Assembly (NCBI GenBank): GCA_964016885.1
Contig: OZ024742.1
Span: 305,164,001 to 305,228,000 of the forward strand
Direction: 5' to 3'
Origin: Eledone cirrhosa
Taxonomy: Eukaryota
DNA length: 64,000 bases
Positions within the stretch are counted from its first letter, which is position 1. The number at the start of each line of letters is the position of its first letter. The translations under genes were made by a program, and so were the position numbers. The notes below the pieces were generated by a model. That model did not search any database and was not told the DNA's origin. It saw nothing but the letters and a program-made list of their open reading frames with translations. Below, piece by piece: positions 29,201 through 42,370 of this stretch.

Positions 29201-32200
29201 ACAACAACACCAATAACAAAAACAACAGTAACAACAACAACAATAACAAAAACAACAGTAACAACAACAGCAATAATGATAAAAACAACAGTAACAACAA
29301 TAGCAACAATAACAAAAACAACAGTAACAACAACAACAACAATAACAAAAACAACAGTGACAACAACAGCAACAATAATAAAAACAACAGTAACAACAAT
29401 AGCAACAATAACAAAAAAACAGTAACAACAAAAGCAACAATAACAAAAACAACAGTAACAACAACAGCAATAATGAGAAAAACAACAGTAACAACAATAG
29501 CAACAATAACAAAAACAACAGTAACAAAAATAGCAACAATAACAAAAACAACAGTAACAACAACAGCAACAATGACAAAAACAACAGTAACAACAACAAC
29601 AACAATGACAAAAACAACAGTAACAACAGCATCAATAACAAAAACAACAGTAACAACAACAACAATAACAAAACACCAGTAACAACAACAGCAATAAGGA
29701 TAAAAACAACAGTAACAATAATAGCAACAATAACAAAAAACAACAGTAACAACAACAGCAATAATGACAAAAACAACAGTAACAACAACAGCAATAATGA
29801 GAAAAACAACAGTAACAACAACAGCAACAATAACAAAAACAACGGTAACAACAATAGCAACAATAACAAAAACAACAGTCACAACAACAACAATAACAAA
29901 AACAACAGTAACAACAACAGCAACAATAACCAAAACTACAGTAACAACAACAACAATAGCAAAAACAACGGCAGCAACAACAGCAACAATAACAAAAACA
30001 ACAGTAACAACAACAACAATAACAAAAACAACAGTAACAACAACGGCTACACTGACAAATACAACAATAACAACAATAGCAACAATGACAAAAACAACAG
30101 TAACAACAACAACAATGACAAAAACAACAGTCACAACAAGAACAACAATAACAAAAACAACAATAACAACAAGTGCAACAATGACAACAACAACAGTCAC
30201 AGCAACAACAACAATAACAAAAAACAACAGTAACAACAATAGCAACAATGACAAAAACAGCAATAACAACAACAGCTACTATGACAAAATCAACAGTAAC
30301 AACAACAGCAACAATGACAAAACAACAGCAACAATAACAAAAACAACAGTAACAACAACAACAACAATGACAAAAACAACAGTAACATCAACAGCAAAAA
30401 TAACAAAAAAAACAGTCACAACAACAACAATGACAAAAACAACAGTAACAACAACAGCAATAATGATAAAAACAACAGTAACAACAATAGCAACAATAAC
30501 AAAAACAACAGTAACAACAACAACAACAATAACAAAAACAAAAGTAACAACAACAGCAACAATAACAAAAACAACAGTAACAACAGCAACAACAATAACA
30601 AAAACAACAGTAACAACAACAACAATAACAAAAACAACAGTAACAACAACAGCAATAATGATAAAAACAACAGTAACAACAATAGCAACAATAACAAAAA
30701 CAACAGTAACAACAACAACAACAATAACAAAAACAACAGTAACAACAACAGCAACAATAACGAAAAATATACAGTCACAACAACAACAACAATAACAAAA
30801 ACAACAGTAACAACAATAGCAACAATAACAAAAACAACAGTAACAACAGCAACAACAATGACAAAAACAACAGTAACAACAACAACACCAATAAAAAAAA
30901 CAACAGTAACAACAACAACAATAACAAAAACAACAGTAACAACAACAGCAATAATGATAAAAACAACAGTAACAACAATAGCAACAATAACAAAAACAAC
31001 AGTAACAACAACAACAACAATAACAAAAACAACAGTAACAACAACAGCAACAATAATAAAAACAACAGTAACAACAATAGCAACAATAACAATAAAACAG
31101 TAACGACAAAAGCAACAATAACAAAAACAACAGTAACAACAACAGTAACAATGAGAAAAACAACAGTAACAACAATAGCAACAATAACAAAAACAACAGT
31201 AACAAAAATAGCAACAATAACAAAAACAACAGTAACAACAACAGCAACAATGACAAAAACAACAGTAACAACAACAACAATGACAAAAACAATAGTAACA
31301 ACAGCAACAGTAACAAAAACAACAGTAACAACAACAACAATAACAAAACAACACTAACAACAACAGCAATAAGGATAAAAACAACAGTAACAATAATAGC
31401 AACAATAACAAAAACAACAGTAACAACAACAGCAATAATGACAAAAACAACAGTAACAACAACAGCAACAAGGACAAAAACAACAGTAACAACAATAGCA
31501 ACAATAACAAAAACAACAGGAACATCAATAGCAACAATAACAAAGATAACAGTAACAACAACAGCAACAATGACAAAAAACAACAGTAACAACAACAGCA
31601 ACAATGACAAAAACAACAGTAACAACAACAACAATAACAAAAACAACAGTAACAACAACAGCAACAATAACAAAAACAACATTAACACCAACAACAATAA
31701 CAAAAACAACAGTAACAACAACAGCTACGATGACAAAAACAACAATAACATCAATAGCAACAATGACAAAAACAACAGTAACAACAACAGCAACAATAAC
31801 AAAAACAACAGTAACAACAATAGCAACAATGACAAAAACAACAGTCACAACAACAACAACAATAACAAAAACAACAGTAACAACAATAGCAACAATGACA
31901 AAAACAACAGTAACAACAGCAACAACAATAACAAAAACAACAGTAACACCAACAACAACGATAACAAAAACAACAGTAACAACAACAGCAACAATAACAA
32001 AAACAACAATAACAACAATAGCAACAATAACAAAAACAACAGTCACAACAACAACAATAACAAAAACAACAGTAACAACAACAATAACGAAAACAACAGT
32101 AACAACAACAGCAACAATGACAAAAACAACAATAACAACAATAGCAACAATGACAAAAACAACAGTAACAACAGCAACAACAATAACAAAAACAACAGTA

Positions 32201-34900
32201 ACACCAACAACAACAATAACAAAAACAACAGTATCAAATACATCAACAGTAACAAAAACAACAGTAACAACAATAGCAACGATAACAAAAACAACAGTCA
32301 CAACAACAACAATAACAAAAACAACAGTAACAACAACAGCAACAATAACAAAAACAACAGTAACAACAACAACAACAACAATAACGAAAACAACAGTAAC
32401 AACAACAGCAACAATAACAAAAACAACAGTAACAACAATAGCAACAATGACAAAAACAACAGTCACAACAACAACAATGACAAAAACAACAGTCACAACA
32501 ACAACAACAATAACAAAAACAACAGTAACAACAACAGCAACAATAACAAAAACAACAGTAACAACAACAATAACGAAAACAACAGTAACAACAACAGCAA
32601 CAATAACAAAAACAACAGTAACAACAATAGCAACAATGACAAAAACAAGAGTCACAACAACAACAACAATGACAAAAGCAACAACAGCAACAATAACAAA
32701 AACAACAGTAACAACAATAGCAACAATGACAAAAACGACAGTCACAACAACAACAATAACAAAAACAACAGTAACAACAGCAGCAACAATAACAAAAACA
32801 ACAGTAACAACAGCAACAACAATAACAAAAACAACAATAACAACAATAGCAACAATAACAAAAAAACAGTAACAAAATCAACAGTAACAACAACAGCAAC
32901 AATGACAAAAACGACAGTAACAACAACACCAATAACAAAAACAAATGTAACAACAACAACAACAATGACAAAATCCACAGTAACAACAACAACAACAATA
33001 ACAAAGACAACAGTAACAACAACAGCAACAATGACAAAAACAACAGTAACAACAACAGCAATAATGAGAAAAACAACAGTAACAACAACAGCAACAATGA
33101 CAAAAACAACTGTAACAAAAACAACATCAATAACAAAAACAACAGTACCAACAACAGCAACAATAACAAAAACAACAGTAACAACAATAGCAACAATAAT
33201 AAAAACAACAGTCACAACAACAACAATAACTAAAACAACAGTAACAACAACAGCAACAATAACAAAAACTACAGTAACAACAACAATAATAGCAAAAACT
33301 ACAGCAGCAACAACAGCAACAATAACAAAAACAACAGTAACAACAACAACAATAACAAAAACAACAGTAACAATAACAACTACAATGACAAAAACAACAA
33401 TAACAACAATAGCAACACTGACAAAAACAACAGTAACAACAACAGCAACAATAACAAAAACAACAGTAACAACAATAGCAACAATAACAAAAACAACAGT
33501 CACAACAACAACAACAATAACAAAAACAACAGTAACAACAACGGCTACAATGACAAATACAACAATAACAACAATAGCAACAATGACAAAAACAACAGTA
33601 ACAACAACAACAATGACAAAAACAACAGTCACAACAAGAACAACAATAACAAAAACAACATTAACAACAAGTGCAACAATGACAACAACAACAGTCACAG
33701 CAACAACAACAATAACAAAAAACAACAGTAACAACAATAGCAACAATGACAAAAACAGCAATAACAACAACAGCAACAATGACAAAAACAACAGTAACAA
33801 CAACAACAACAATGACAAAACAACAGCAACAATAACAAAAACAACAGTAACAAGAACGGCAACAATGACAAAAACAACAGTAACAACAATAGCAACAATA
33901 ACAAAAACAACAGTAACAACAACAACAATGACAAAAACATCAGTCACAACAACATCAACAATAACAAAAACAACAGTAACAACAACAGCAACAATAACGA
34001 AAAACAACAGTCACAACAACAACAACAATAACAAAAACAACAGTAACAACAATAGCAACAATAACAAAAACAACAGTAACAACAGCAACAACAATAACAA
34101 AAACAACATTTACAACAACAGCAACAATGACAAAAACAACAGTAACAACAACAGCAACAATAACAAAAACAACAGTAACAACAACAGCAACAATAATAAA
34201 AACAACAGTAACAACAATAGCAACAATAACAAAAACAACAGTAACAACAACAACAACAATAACAAAAACAACAGTAACAACAACTGCAACAATAATAAAA
34301 ACAACTGTAACAACAACAGCAACAATGACAAAAACAAGAGTAACAACAACAGCAACAATGACAAATACAACAGTAACAACAACAGCAGCAATGACAAAAA
34401 TAACAGTAACAACAACAGCAACAATGACAAAAATAACAGTAACAACAATAGCAACAATGACAAAAAGAACAGTAACAACAATTGCAACAATGAGAAAAAC
34501 AACAGTAACAACAATAGCAACAATAACAAAACAACAGTAACAACAACAGCAACAATGACAAAAAACAACAGTAACAACAACAGCAACAATGACAAAAACA
34601 ATAGTAAAAACAACAGCAACAATAACAAAAACAACAGTAACAACAACAACAATTGTAACAATAACTACAGCAAAAACGGTCAAAATAACAGATTAGCAAC
34701 ATTAAAAAAAACTGTAAAAACAACAGCAATAACAACAACAACAACAGTAACAAGATCGAAGACAACAGCAATAACAACAACAGTAACAAGATCAAAAACA
34801 ACAGGAACAACAACAACAAGATCAAAAACAACAGTAACAACAATAGCAACAATGACAAAAACAACAGTAACAACAACAATATTAACAAAAACAACAACAA
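23290..34900. repeat. 11.6-kb (AAC)-derived satellite, 27-33-bp unit ACAATAACAAAAACAACAGTAACAACAACAGCA, with higher-order duplications
   Basis: Direct inspection; paralogous ORF starts offset by 926 (26665/27591), 1559 (28205/29764) and 1678 bp (29473/31151). Confidence 0.95.
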
Positions 34901-34901
34901 A

Positions 34902-35088
34902 AGGCCAGTAATTCGGGGGAGGGGAATGTCGAAAACAGTACATTACTGGTACTTCATTTTATCGATCCCCGCAAGGGAGAAAGGCAAAGCTAACCTCGGT
35001 GGGATTTCAACTCAGAACGTAAAGGGCCGTAACTCTATGCTTCGAAGCATGTGGTCCAACGCTCTACCGATACAGCCAATCCACCGCC
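34902..35088 (-). mobile_element. Nin-domain SINE
   Basis: Matches the SINE consensus. Confidence 0.85.
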
Positions 35089-35098
35089 ATTAATAATA

Positions 35099-35794
35099 AT
35101 AATTGTTTCTACTTTTTGGCACAAGGCCAGCAAATACGCAGTGTATTACTGGTACTTTATTTTATCGACAATACTTTATATATGGATAATTGTTTCTACT
35201 TTAGGCACAAGGCCAGCAAATAACCAGTGTATTACTGGTACTTTATTTTATCGACAATACTTTATATATAGATAATTGTTTCTACTTTAGGCACAAGGCC
35301 AGCAAATAACCAGTGTATTACTGGTACTTTAATTTATCGACAATACTTTATATATGGATAATTGTTTCTACTTTAGGCACAAGGCCAGCAAATAGCCAGT
35401 GTATTACTGGTACTTTATTTTATCGACAATACTTTATATATGGATAATTGTTTCTACTTTAGGCACAAGGCCAGCAAATAGCCAGTGTATTACTGGTACT
35501 TTATTCTATCGACAATACTTTATATATGGATAATTGTTTCTACTTTAGGCACAAGGCCAGCAAATAGCCAGTGTATTACTGGTACTTTATTTTATCGACA
35601 ATATTTTATATATGGATAATTGTTTCTACTTTAGGCACAAGGCCAGCAAATAGCCAGTGTATTACTGGTACTTTATTTTATCGACAATACTTTATATATG
35701 GATAATTGTTTCTACTTTAGGCACAAGGCCAGCAAATAGCCAGTGTATTACTGGTACTTTATTTTATCGACAATACTTTATATATGGATAATTG
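35099..35794. repeat. 86-bp minisatellite (8 copies) derived from the SINE 3' end
   Basis: ataattgtttctac at 35099, 35186, 35272, 35358, 35444, 35530, 35616 and 35702. Confidence 0.95.
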
Positions 35795-35836
35795 ATAGAG
35801 GAACAGACAAATAGATAGATTAAAATGAAACAAGAC

Positions 35837-36485
35837 ATAATTGTTTCTACTTTTGGCACAAGGCCAGTAATTTCCAGTGCATTACTGGTACTTTATTTTA
35901 TCGACCCCCGTAAGGATGAAAGGCAAAGTTAACCTCGGCGGGATTTGAACTCAAAATGGCAAGGGCCGTAACTCTATGCGTCAAAGGATGGCGTCCGACC
36001 CTCTACCGATACTGCCAATCCACCGCCCTTACCGCCATTAATAATTGTTTCTACTTTAGGCACAAGGCCAGCAATCACTCAGTGCATTACTGGTATTTTA
36101 TTTTATCAACCCCGTAAGGATGAAAGGCAAAGTCAACCTCGGCGGGATTTGAACTCAGATCGTAAAGGGACGTAACTATGCTGGAAAGCATGGTGTCTGA
36201 CCCTTATAATAATAATGCTTTCTTAATAATAATAATAATTGTTTCTACTTTTGGCAAAAGGCCAGCAATTATCCTAGTGTATTACTGGTACTTTATTTTA
36301 TCGACCCCCGAAAGGATGAAAATCAATGTTAACCTCGGTGAGGTTTGAACTCAGAATGGCAAGGGCCGTAACTCTATGCATCAAAGCATGGCATCCGACC
36401 CTTCATTACTGGTACTTTATTTTATCGACTCCGTAAAGGGACGTAACTCTATGCTGAAAATCATGGCGTCCGACCCTGTACTGAT
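35837..36485 (-). mobile_element. Tandem cluster of Nin-domain SINEs (35837-36027, 36040-36203, 36235-36401, fragment to ~36485)
   Basis: Repeated SINE consensus, all in the same orientation. Confidence 0.9.
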
Positions 36486-36747
36486 AATAGCCTCAATAAC
36501 AGCAACAACAACAACAAAAGGACCATAACAAATGAAGCAACAACGAGTAAATAGTTACCTATTTTGACTACAAAACAGCTGAATTGCCTGTAAAATCAAT
36601 GACAAGTTCAACGTAATCAATACAACTACAACAATGTTAACAAGAAGAGCAATATTTATAGAACAGACGAAGACAAGGATGAAACACCGGTAACAAATCA
36701 CATCAATTGCAACAATTACAACAACAACAACAACGACAACAACAACG

Positions 36748-36802
<55 letters not shown>

Positions 36803-36994
36803 ACAAACAAACAAACAAACAAAAAAACAAACACAAAACAAAATAAAGATAACATCAACAAGAACGACAAAAACGACGACTTGCATAAAAGGTAGATGGT
36901 TTCATCGACGCATGCTCACAGACTTATTTACATATGGTGAAAATGGACAGATTTAATGGGACACATATTGAAGAAAAAAGAAAAAAAAACTCTA

Positions 36995-37740
36995 CATAGA
37001 ACAAACAAACACACACACACACGTACATAGACAAAAAACATAGCTAAGTGTGTACATATACAAATTATACACTCTCACACACACACACGTACATAGACAA
37101 AAAACATAGCTAAGTGTGTACATATACAAATTATACACTCTCACACACACACACACACGTACATAGACATAAACATAGCTAAGCGTGTGCATATACAAAT
37201 TATACACTCTCACACACACACACACACGTATATAGACATAAACATAGCTAAGCGTGTGCATATACAAATTATACCCTCTCACACACACACACACACGTAC
37301 ATAGACATAAACATAGCTAAGTGTGTGCATATACAAATTATACACACGCACACACACACACACACACACGTACATAGACATAAACATAGCTAAGTGTGTG
37401 CATATACAAATTATACACACACACTCACACACACGTACATAGACATAAACATAGCTAAGTGTGTGCATATACAAATTATACACACACACACACACACACG
37501 TACATAGACATAGCTAAGTGTGTGCATATACAAATTATACACACACACACACACGTACATAGACATAAACATAGCTAAGTGTGTGCATCTACAAATTATA
37601 CACACATATACGCGTAGAAAGACATAGATAGCTAAATGTGGCATATCCCAATTACACACGCATAAACACACGCATACTCACACACACACGTACATAGACA
37701 TATATACATAGCTAAGTGCATGTATATACAAACTACACAC
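36995..37740. repeat. ~60-72-bp minisatellite: cgtacatagacataaacatagctaagtgtgtgcatatacaaattata + variable (CA)n, ~10 copies
   Basis: Direct inspection. Confidence 0.9.
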
Positions 37741-37804
37741 ACACATACACGCACATATGCACACACGCACATACATACACACATACACACACACATATAT
37801 GATA

Positions 37805-37903
37805 CAGGGCGTCCCAAAAAAATGTATAAACACTGATTACCGTTCCAGGCAATATTTATTAGAAAGCTGTTCAAGTGTGTATACATTTTGGGGGGACACA
37901 CTG
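37805..37903. mobile_element. Tc1/mariner-type MITE (99 bp)
   Basis: Imperfect ~30-bp TIRs cagggcgtcccaaaaaaatgtataaacact / agtgtgtatacattttggggggacacactg; TA on both sides. Confidence 0.8.
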
Positions 37904-38130
37904 TATATATATATATATATATGTGTGTGTGTGATAGAGAGAGTGAGAGAGTGTGTATGGGTGTGTGTGAGTATGTGTGTGAGTGTGAGTATGTGTGTGT
38001 GTGTGTGTGTGATATATATATATACATGCACACACACTCACACACATATATGTATATATATAAATACACATTCCTCTACATATTCGACTCATATATGCAC
38101 ATATACGCACGAATATAACGATGCCCACGA

Positions 38131-38169
<39 letters not shown>

Positions 38170-38340
38170 TCCACATTCCCATACAAAAGTACATAAGAAT
38201 GCACTTCTGATGGTACAGTCATCTTGTTAATGTATGTGTGTGAGCTGACAGTTACACAAACACATATATAAAGATATATCGATTCATATATATATATATA
38301 CGCATATATATATAGTGAAAACTGGAACGGGAACAAAAAC

Positions 38341-38375
<35 letters not shown>

Positions 38376-38378
38376 GTC

Positions 38379-38420
<42 letters not shown>

Positions 38421-38503
38421 GCATATAGTCGTATATATATATTTATATATACGCATATAGCCATGCCCACATACGTATATACGTCATTCATACATAGATA
38501 CAT

Positions 38504-38557
<54 letters not shown>

Positions 38558-38722
38558 ATATATGTATATATATATATATACATACGCACATACCTACATG
38601 CATACATACATACAGATATTCCTACATGCATACATATTACATATGTATATACATACATACATACATACATACATACATACATACATACATACATAAATAC
38701 AAACATAAATACATACATGTAT

Positions 38723-38774
<52 letters not shown>

Positions 38775-39621
38775 ACACACACACACACACACACATACGC
38801 GGAAAGGAGCAAATTTCTCTGCGAGACAATGAATAATAAAAAGAAGGAAAAAAATTGTCGCACTGAGAAACACACACATGTAGATACATATCAACATTAC
38901 AACATTTAGATACACACACACAGACGCACACACATACACATGCACACACGCACACACACGTGCATATATACATAGATACAAACATAATGACTCTCATATA
39001 AACTTAAACACACACACACACTTACACACACAAACACACATGCACATACAAGGACACACACACACACACACACACGTAGACACTGATATCAACAACACGA
39101 ATGCAAACCCGCAGCCACACAGGGCCATATACACACACACACACACATAAAACCTACGCACACTTACACACGCCCATGTACACATACGTACAACCACATA
39201 CACACATACTTACACAGGCCCATGTACACACACACATACACACACACTCACTCACAATACAGACACACATGCACTGCTGTAAGGCACATACACACATACA
39301 ACACAGACACACATATGCACTGCCGTGTGGCACAAACACGCACGCACACACACACACAACACAACACATACCCATGCACTGCTGTGTGGCACATACACAC
39401 ACATATACAATACATACACACACACTTACACAGGTTCAGGTACACACGCACGCACACACACGCACACACACACACGCACACACACACACACATGCACTGC
39501 TGTGTGGCACACGATTGTTTGTTCAATATGTGGCACACATATTCAGGCAAAACTTTCTATTTCAAAAGGCGTGTGCAGTCTGCAGTACGTCACGGTCCTA
39601 TGAACTAGCAGCAGACAACCA

Positions 39622-40560
39622 TGGCGGTGATGGTGGTGATGGTGGTGGTAGTGGTGGTGGTGGTGGTGGTGGTGGTGGTGGTGGTAGTAGTAGTGGTGGT
39701 GATGGTAGTGGTGGTAGTGGTACTGGTGGTGGTGGTGATGGTAGTGGCGGTGGTGGTAGTGGTGGTGATGGTAGTGGTGGTGGTTTTGGTGATGGTAGTG
39801 GTGGTGGTGGTGATGGTAGTGGTGGTGATGGTAGTGGTGGTGGTGGTGATGGTAGTGGTGGTGGTGGTGATGGTAGTGGTGGTGGTGGTGATGGTAGTGG
39901 TGGTGATGGTAGTGGCGGTGATGGTAGTGATGGTAGTGGTAGTGGTGGTGGTGGTAGTGGTGGTGATGGTAGTGGTGGTGGTGGTGATGGTAGTGGTGGT
40001 GATGGTAGTGGCGGTGACGGTAGTGGTGATGGTAGTGATGGTAGTGGTAGTGATGGGGGTGGTGATGGTAGTGGCGGTGGTGGTAGTGGTGGTGGTGGTG
40101 ATGGTAGTGGTGGTGGTAGTGGTGGTGATGGTAGTGGTGGTGACGGTAGTGGCGGTGATGGTAGTGGTGGTGACGGTAGTGGCGGTGATGGTAGTGGTGG
40201 TGACGGTAGTGGCGGTGGTAGTGGTGGTGATGGTAGTGGTGGTGGTGGTAGTGGTGGTGATGGTAGTGGTGGTGGTAGTGGTGGTGATGGTAGTGGTGGT
40301 GACGGTAGTGGCGGTGATGGTAGTGGTGGTGACGGTAGTGGCGGTGATGGTAGTGGTGGTGACGGTAGTGGCGGTGGTAGTGGCGGTGGTAGTGGTGGTG
40401 GTGGTAGTGGTGGTGACGGTAGTGGCGGTGGTAGTGGTGGTGATGGTAGTGGTGGTGCTGGTAGTGGTGGTGATGGTAGTGGTGGTGATGGTAGTGGTGG
40501 TGATGGTAGTGGTGGTGGTAGTGGTGGTGATGGTAGTGGTGGTCACGGTAGCGGAGGTGG
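39622..40560. repeat. (GGT)-derived minisatellite, unit GGTGGTGATGGTAGT
   Basis: Direct inspection. Confidence 0.92.
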
Positions 40561-40716
40561 CAGCGACTATGACGATGTGTGGTGTGAGTGAGGCTGGCTG
40601 GTGGTGTCCATGTATTGACGTAGTTGGTGAAGATGGAGGCGATGACGGAACGAGAGGACATTTATTTTATAGCAGAGCAAACGGTCTGACGTGTTAAATG
40701 ACTTCAATCTCAGGAT

Positions 40717-40771
<55 letters not shown>

Positions 40772-40833
40772 ACATACACACACACATATATACAAGTGTT
40801 TATATGTTTGCATACATACATATATATATATAT

Positions 40834-40915
<82 letters not shown>

Positions 40916-42182
40916 GTGTGTGTGTATGCAAACATACAAATACCCACACATTATGACCTACGTACTTACATGTATATATGTGTGTGTGAATACATATAAA
41001 TATATATATGTTTGTATATATATATATGTGTGTGTGTGTCTGTGTGTCTGTGTGTGTGTGTGCCTGTGTGTTAGTACGCGTATATTCATGATTGAAGGCT
41101 CATGCACACGCATTGCATTGGAAGAATTTAAGAGGGTAGGAGTGTAGGTTGCTGGGCTGGATATCTCTTGAGGAGGCGAATGCTGCTGGCGGAGAAGCAT
41201 GTGAGGGTGGTAGTGGGAGCTAGTAAACGAGTTAAAAGAAACAAAATACAAAATAAAGGTGAATGAAAAAATATAAATTACAAAGTGAAAGAGAAGAGTG
41301 GAAGAGAAAAGGGAGATAATATTTGTGTGATGTGATGTGATATAGTGTGTGTTGTGGTGTAGTTTGATGTGATGTGGTGTAGTAGGGTGAAGTATGGTAA
41401 GGAGGTGATGGTTATTGAAGTTGGGTTGCCGACTAGAAGTGAGTAAAAAAAAAATGGGAATGGAGCGAGTTGAATGTGTAAACAGAAAGTGGTTTATGTT
41501 TTGATAGAGTTTAAAGAATAAAAAATCAGAACGAATCGATAAGAAATATATAAAATATTATATCAAAAGATAGCAAAACAAACAAGCAAACAAATATAGA
41601 AGTAAAAATAACAAACACAAAAACAAACAAATTAATAATGCGTCAAGTGGCTTGGCGCGGAACGTTCAAATTAAAAGTGGATACAAAAACGCTACGTAAA
41701 TTGACAAGATGGCAGATGTAGACTGAAACAGGCGATGGAATGATGTATGGCAAGCAAGTTAAGGCGATCGAGAAGACAACGAAGGGAAGTAACTGTGGTT
41801 ATGTCTGTAATTATTGTTACAAAGAGCATCAAGAAATATCGAAATAGTCATTAATGAGAATAAATATAATTAAATAGGACAATACTTTATATACGGATAA
41901 TAGAATGTGATTAGTATCGGACGGATGGATTGATGGGCAGAGAAATGAACAGAAAGGTGAACAGACCGAAAAACAGTAAGATTTACTGAGAGATAGACAG
42001 ACATATAGACACAAAGATAAAGAGACAAGTAAACAGAGAGATGGACAGAGAAATAGACGGACATATGAAGAAGGAGATGAATGGGCCGACGAACAAAGAG
42101 ATAGATAGTGAGACAGATAGTTAGTTAGAAATACGGATGGATAGAGGAACAGACAAATAGATAGATTAAAATGAAACAAGAC

Positions 42183-42370
42183 ATAATTGTTTCTACTTTT
42201 GGCACAAGGCCAGTAATTTCCAGTACATTACTGGTACTTTATTTTATCGACCCCCGTAAGGATGAAAGGCAAAGTTAACCTCGGCGGGATTTGAACTCAG
42301 AATGGCAAGGGCCGTAACTCTATGCGTCAAAGCATGGCGTCCGACCCTCTACCGATACTTCCAATCCACC
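42183..42370 (-). mobile_element. Nin-domain SINE with caagaca TSD
   Basis: Full SINE; caagaca on both sides. Confidence 0.9.

Noticed and set aside
23258-34911. Long Thr-, Asn-, Val- or Cys-rich ORFs (up to 1157 aa) as a mucin gene
   Set aside because: Products of the AAC satellite. Third positions are almost invariantly A while first and second positions vary, in-frame TAA variants occur (e.g. 25451), frameshifts are frequent, and there is no signal peptide or flanking domain.
35099-37740. CRISPR-like arrays
   Set aside because: Units are head-to-tail with no unique spacers (only (CA)n length variation); eukaryotic context; no cas genes.
39101-40697. Gly/Asp/Ser-rich 496-aa ORF and His-rich antisense ORF
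   Set aside because: Several frames are open simply because the (CA)n and (GGT)n repeats lack stops in them; no non-repetitive domain.
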